Assembly (NCBI GenBank): GCA_028698185.1
Contig: JAQVDW010000003.1
Span: 30,001 to 62,000, forward strand
From: Erysipelotrichaceae bacterium
GTDB lineage: Bacteria; Bacillota_I; Bacilli_A; Erysipelotrichales; Coprobacillaceae
Length of the DNA: 32,000 bases
Direction of reading: 5' to 3'
Shown here: positions 29,077 through 32,000 of the stretch, piece by piece
How the letters are laid out: each line of letters opens with the position of its first letter
How positions within the stretch are numbered: position 1 is the stretch's first letter
The notes under the pieces: generated by a model
Databases searched by the model: none
Seen by the model: only the letters and a program-made list of their open reading frames with translations
Told to the model about the DNA's origin: nothing
Translations under genes and position numbers: made by a program

Positions 29077-29156
29077 TTGAAACGTTTCAAATATAATTGG
29101 AAGCCGTGTTGACGATAGGGCTTTCATATGATATATTATGTATGTGAAACGTTTCA
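29077..29156 (+). promoter_or_regulatory. PTS EIIC promoter flanked by two palindromic LacI-type operators
   Basis: Operator 1 is TTGAAACGTTTCAA (29077-29090), a perfect 14-bp palindrome. The promoter is TTGACG (29109-29114), a 17-nt spacer and TATATT (29132-29137). Operator 2 is TGAAACGTTTCA (29145-29156), a perfect 12-bp palindrome. Confidence 0.75.
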
Positions 29157-29195
29157 ACAATTCGAATTTAAAATTAATGACTAGGAGAGAAAAGA

Positions 29196-30515
29196 ATGAA
29201 CGGGTTTATGGATAAGTTTCAAAATGGACTCATGTTGGTCGCAAGCAAGCTGAACAGCAACAAACATTTAACCGCTTTAAAAGAAGGGATGATGATTACC
29301 ATTCCTTTGACAATCATTGGTGGGGTATTCATGTTGTTGGCACAACCCCCTATTAACGGTAGTGCAACCGCAGGTACAAATTTCTTCATTGATTTTCTGT
29401 TGGCATGGAAAGCATGGGCGACGGTAAACTCCGGATGGTTGTTGGCAGTATACCATTTGACAATCGGGGCAATCGCAATCTATGTCGCTTTCGCAGTAGC
29501 CTATAGAATGGCTAAAACATATAAATTGAATGGATTATCGATTGGTTTTGCGTCATTGTTCTTGTTTATCCTGACAGCAGCGCAACCGATGACAACCCCT
29601 GAAATAGGTACTTATATTTCGATGGGCAATCTGGGTGGGAAGGGGATGTTCTACTCGATTATTGTTGCTTTTATTACGGTAGAAATCTTTAGATTTTTCA
29701 AGGAAAAGAATATTTCTATTAAATTGCCGCCTCAAGTACCGCCGAATGTGGCGGCACCGTTTGAAGCGTTGATTCCATTCTCTGCTTTGACCGTTGGATT
29801 TGTAGTTGCCAACCTGGCGAGCAATAGCATGATTGGTACTGATTTATGTGGTTTGATCTATGCGATATTATCGCCGCTGATGTACGCCTCGGCATCTCTG
29901 CCATCAGTAATATTGATCAGTATCCTGTTAAGCTTATTCTGGTTCGTGGGAATCCATGGAAACAACTTGGTTGGTGCGGTATTGACACCAATTACAACTG
30001 CCAACATTGCCTTGAATGCCGAAGTTCTTGTATCTGGACAAGGAACGATGACGCCGCTAGCGGGTGCTTTTATGACTATCTTTGGAAACTGGATGTCATA
30101 TCCGGCAATGATGATCGCCTTTTTCCTTGTGGCGAGATCCGCCCACCTGAAATCCATCCGCAAATTGGCCATTGTGCCCGATTTATTCAACATCAATGAA
30201 CCGCTGACATTCGGGGTACCCATTGTTTTGAACTTGACCTTGGCCTTGCCAATAATGATCTGCAATGTGATTATGTGTAGTGTTGCATACATATTGATGA
30301 GCAGTGGGATAGTCGGCTCAATATACATTACGATGCCTTTTACAACCCCGGCAGTAATCCAGCTTTTCCTGTCAACCGGAGACATCAAATCGGTAATCAT
30401 GTGGGTAGCAATGTTCATTGTCGATATCATTATTTTGATCCCATTTGTAAAAATTTACGATAAGCAAATGTTGGCTGAAGAAAATGTGAATTTAACAGCC
30501 CCAGTCGAAGCATAA
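29196..30515 (+). CDS. PTS EIIC component, lactose/cellobiose (Lac) family
   Basis: A 439-aa polytopic protein whose N-terminus (FMDKFQNGLMLVASKLNSNKHLTALKEGMMITIPLTIIGGVFML) is typical of CelB/LicC-type EIIC. AGGAGAG lies upstream. No EIIB or EIIA gene is adjacent. Confidence 0.85.
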   Translation: MNGFMDKFQNGLMLVASKLNSNKHLTALKEGMMITIPLTIIGGVFMLLAQPPINGSATAGTNFFIDFLLAWKAWATVNSGWLLAVYHLTIGAIAIYVAFAVAYRMAKTYKLNGLSIGFASLFLFILTAAQPMTTPEIGTYISMGNLGGKGMFYSIIVAFITVEIFRFFKEKNISIKLPPQVPPNVAAPFEALIPFSALTVGFVVANLASNSMIGTDLCGLIYAILSPLMYASASLPSVILISILLSLFWFVGIHGNNLVGAVLTPITTANIALNAEVLVSGQGTMTPLAGAFMTIFGNWMSYPAMMIAFFLVARSAHLKSIRKLAIVPDLFNINEPLTFGVPIVLNLTLALPIMICNVIMCSVAYILMSSGIVGSIYITMPFTTPAVIQLFLSTGDIKSVIMWVAMFIVDIIILIPFVKIYDKQMLAEENVNLTAPVEA

Positions 30516-30527
30516 CCTCAGTCAAAA

Positions 30528-30556
30528 TTGCTCTGTCATTGATAATATGCTAAAAT
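30528..30556 (+). promoter_or_regulatory. Candidate promoter for the second LacI-family gene
   Basis: TTGCTC (30528-30533), a 17-nt spacer and TAAAAT (30551-30556). Confidence 0.5.
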
Positions 30557-30587
30557 TATACCTATATGAAGGTATAAGGTGGTAATT

Positions 30588-31631
30588 ATGGCAACTATTA
30601 AAGACATTGCAAAAAAAATGAACTTAGGTGTATCGACGGTATCGATGGCCCTAAATAATAATCCTCGGATATCTCAGGCAACACGCCAGGAAGTAATGCG
30701 TGTTGCCAATGAGATGGGATATGTGAAAAATTGGTTGGCAGCTGACTTGCAAGGAGGTCGCAACAATTTGATTTTGGTCATTGTTGATGACGCTTCGAGA
30801 CCATATTTTTCTCGATTTATCGATATCGTCCAAAATAGAATCGCATATCATGGTTTTGATTTGTTGATATCGACAACCTTCAACAATCATTTGGATACAG
30901 CCAAACGATACCTGTCGCAAAATCGCGGAGCAGGTGCTATCGTTTTTACCATGCAAATTGACGACGATTTCATAAACAAATGTGCAAATGATGAATTCCC
31001 GATTTATGTATTTGGCCGCGAAGTTGTTGGCAACGAGAATGTCTACTGCCAAAAAGAAGTAAGCTATTATTTGAGCGGTTATTTGAGCACCAACTATCTG
31101 ATTGAACAAGGTTTCAAGAGAATCGCCTATGTCCGTCAGGTTTTAAGCACACTTGGAACGCCAAGAAGATTTGAAGGATACTTGAAAGCTCTGGCTGAAA
31201 ATAACATCGCTTTTGATGAGGGCCTCGTATTTGATGTCAATCGCGACAATGGCAAGAACATATATGATAATGGCTATATGGTAACTGAAGAAATTATCAA
31301 AAATATTCAAGATAAAAAAATAGATGCAGTCTTTTATTCAAACGATTCGCTGGCTTTGGGCGGACTCAAGTGTTTCAGTGACGCAGCGGTCAAGGTGCCG
31401 GAAGATATCTCGGTAATTGGATACGGCGACCTCCCTTATTCGCGCTTTTTAAGTCCAACTTTATCTACCGTGGGTAGCCCGGACTATGCGTCAGTCTACA
31501 ACTATGGTGTGGATACCTTGGTCAAGGCAATAAATAATGAAGATACAAGCAGTGTAGATGAAGACTACAGGGAGTTGCTGCTCAATGCCCGTGAAATTGT
31601 TTATGAAAGAGGCTCTGTCAGAAGAAAATAG
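30588..31631 (+). CDS. LacI-family transcriptional regulator
   Basis: HTH motif TIKDIAKKMNLGVSTVSMALNN and a sugar-binding-fold C-terminal domain. AAGGTGG lies 5 nt upstream of ATG 30588, which I prefer over the GTG at 30579. Confidence 0.88.
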   Translation: MATIKDIAKKMNLGVSTVSMALNNNPRISQATRQEVMRVANEMGYVKNWLAADLQGGRNNLILVIVDDASRPYFSRFIDIVQNRIAYHGFDLLISTTFNNHLDTAKRYLSQNRGAGAIVFTMQIDDDFINKCANDEFPIYVFGREVVGNENVYCQKEVSYYLSGYLSTNYLIEQGFKRIAYVRQVLSTLGTPRRFEGYLKALAENNIAFDEGLVFDVNRDNGKNIYDNGYMVTEEIIKNIQDKKIDAVFYSNDSLALGGLKCFSDAAVKVPEDISVIGYGDLPYSRFLSPTLSTVGSPDYASVYNYGVDTLVKAINNEDTSSVDEDYRELLLNAREIVYERGSVRRK

Positions 31632-31643
31632 GAGAATCTTTTT

Positions 31644-32000
31644 ATGAGAGCAATTATGGTGATGTTTGATACCTTGACAAGAGGTTATCTTTCAAACTAT
31701 GGCAATAAATGGGTTAAGACCCCGAATTTTCAAAGGTTGCAGAATCGCTGTACCAGGTTTGATAAGTTTTATGGAGGCAGTATGCCATGCATCCCGGCAA
31801 GACGTGATCTTCAAACAGGTACTTACAACTTTCTGCACCGTTCCTGGGGTCCTTTGGAGCCGTTTGATTTTTCAGTAGTTGAGGAGTTGAAAAGTAAAGG
31901 TGTATATACGCACCTATGCACAGATCATTCACATTACTTTGAAGATGGCGGTGCCACTTACCATAATCGTTTCAATACCTGGGAAGGTTTCCGCGGGCAA
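31644..32000 (+). CDS. Cys-type sulfatase-family protein, N-terminal 119 codons with no signal peptide; continues past the right edge
   Basis: This gene is absent from the track because it has no stop in the window. Hand translation: MRAIMVMFDTLTRGYLSNYGNKWVKTPNFQRLQNRCTRFDKFYGGSMPCIPARRDLQTGTYNFLHRSWGPLEPFDFSVVEELKSKGVYTHLCTDHSHYFEDGGATYHNRFNTWEGFRGQ. It contains the metal-ligand block VMFDT and the formylglycine signature C-I-P-A-R-RDLQTG (CxPxR). GGAGA lies 8 nt upstream of ATG 31644. Confidence 0.75.
   Translation, partial: MRAIMVMFDTLTRGYLSNYGNKWVKTPNFQRLQNRCTRFDKFYGGSMPCIPARRDLQTGTYNFLHRSWGPLEPFDFSVVEELKSKGVYTHLCTDHSHYFEDGGATYHNRFNTWEGFRGQ

Noticed and set aside
29077-29156. Reading the TGAAACGTTTCA palindromes as CcpA cre boxes, which would imply simple catabolite repression.
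   Set aside because: The half-site spacing is one base shorter per arm than the cre consensus. A dedicated LacI-family regulator is encoded in the same cluster. CcpA cross-binding cannot be excluded without experiments.
29858-30430. Long antisense ORFs inside well-supported genes: 29858-30430 (-), 14247-14762 (-), 27136-27624 (-), 20687-21148 (-), 11455-11886 (-), 12394-12783 (+) and 12240-12626 (+).
   Set aside because: Each is fully embedded opposite, or out of frame with, a gene that has strong family motifs. They lack RBSs and have compositionally odd translations. They are typical shadow ORFs.

Overview
This window looks like a chromosomal core region of a low-GC Gram-positive bacterium (Bacillota). 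I estimate GC at about 40-45% by eye. The tsaC-rpiB-glyA-upp-atp gene order, a T-box leader and AGGAGG-type ribosome-binding sites all fit that assignment. I found no tRNA or rRNA genes, CRISPR arrays, transposases or phage genes.

Gene content from left to right:
- a UROD/MtaA-like gene truncated at the left edge, translationally coupled to metG behind a methionine T-box leader
- a sucrose regulon (scrR, scrA EIIBCA, scrB) with twin palindromic operators
- a minus-strand ECF sigma operon: a secreted Q/E/N-rich cysteine protein, the sigma factor and a membrane anti-sigma candidate
- a COG2509-type FAD protein
- an in-frame Cof-type HAD phosphatase::FolD fusion, followed by a DUF951 gene
- a minus-strand trio: an APH-fold protein with an altered catalytic loop, a PAP2 phosphatase and a mini Smr-like protein
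- ychF, translationally coupled to a class B sortase, followed by an LtaS/OpgB-like transferase
- a tightly packed 14-gene run, tsaC-rpiB-glyA-upp-atpZ-atpI-atpBEFHAGDC
- ldh
- a self-contained 63-codon orphan gene
- a PTS EIIC, LacI regulator and leaderless Cys-type sulfatase cluster with its own twin operators; the sulfatase is truncated at the right edge

No single region is clearly a novel system. The best candidates for follow-up are the ECF module with its unusual secreted partner, the HAD::FolD fusion, the PTS/cytoplasmic-sulfatase cluster, the ychF-sortase B coupling, and the two-carboxylate Na+-type signature in the ATP synthase c subunit. All homology calls come from reading motifs by eye. 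No database search was run.
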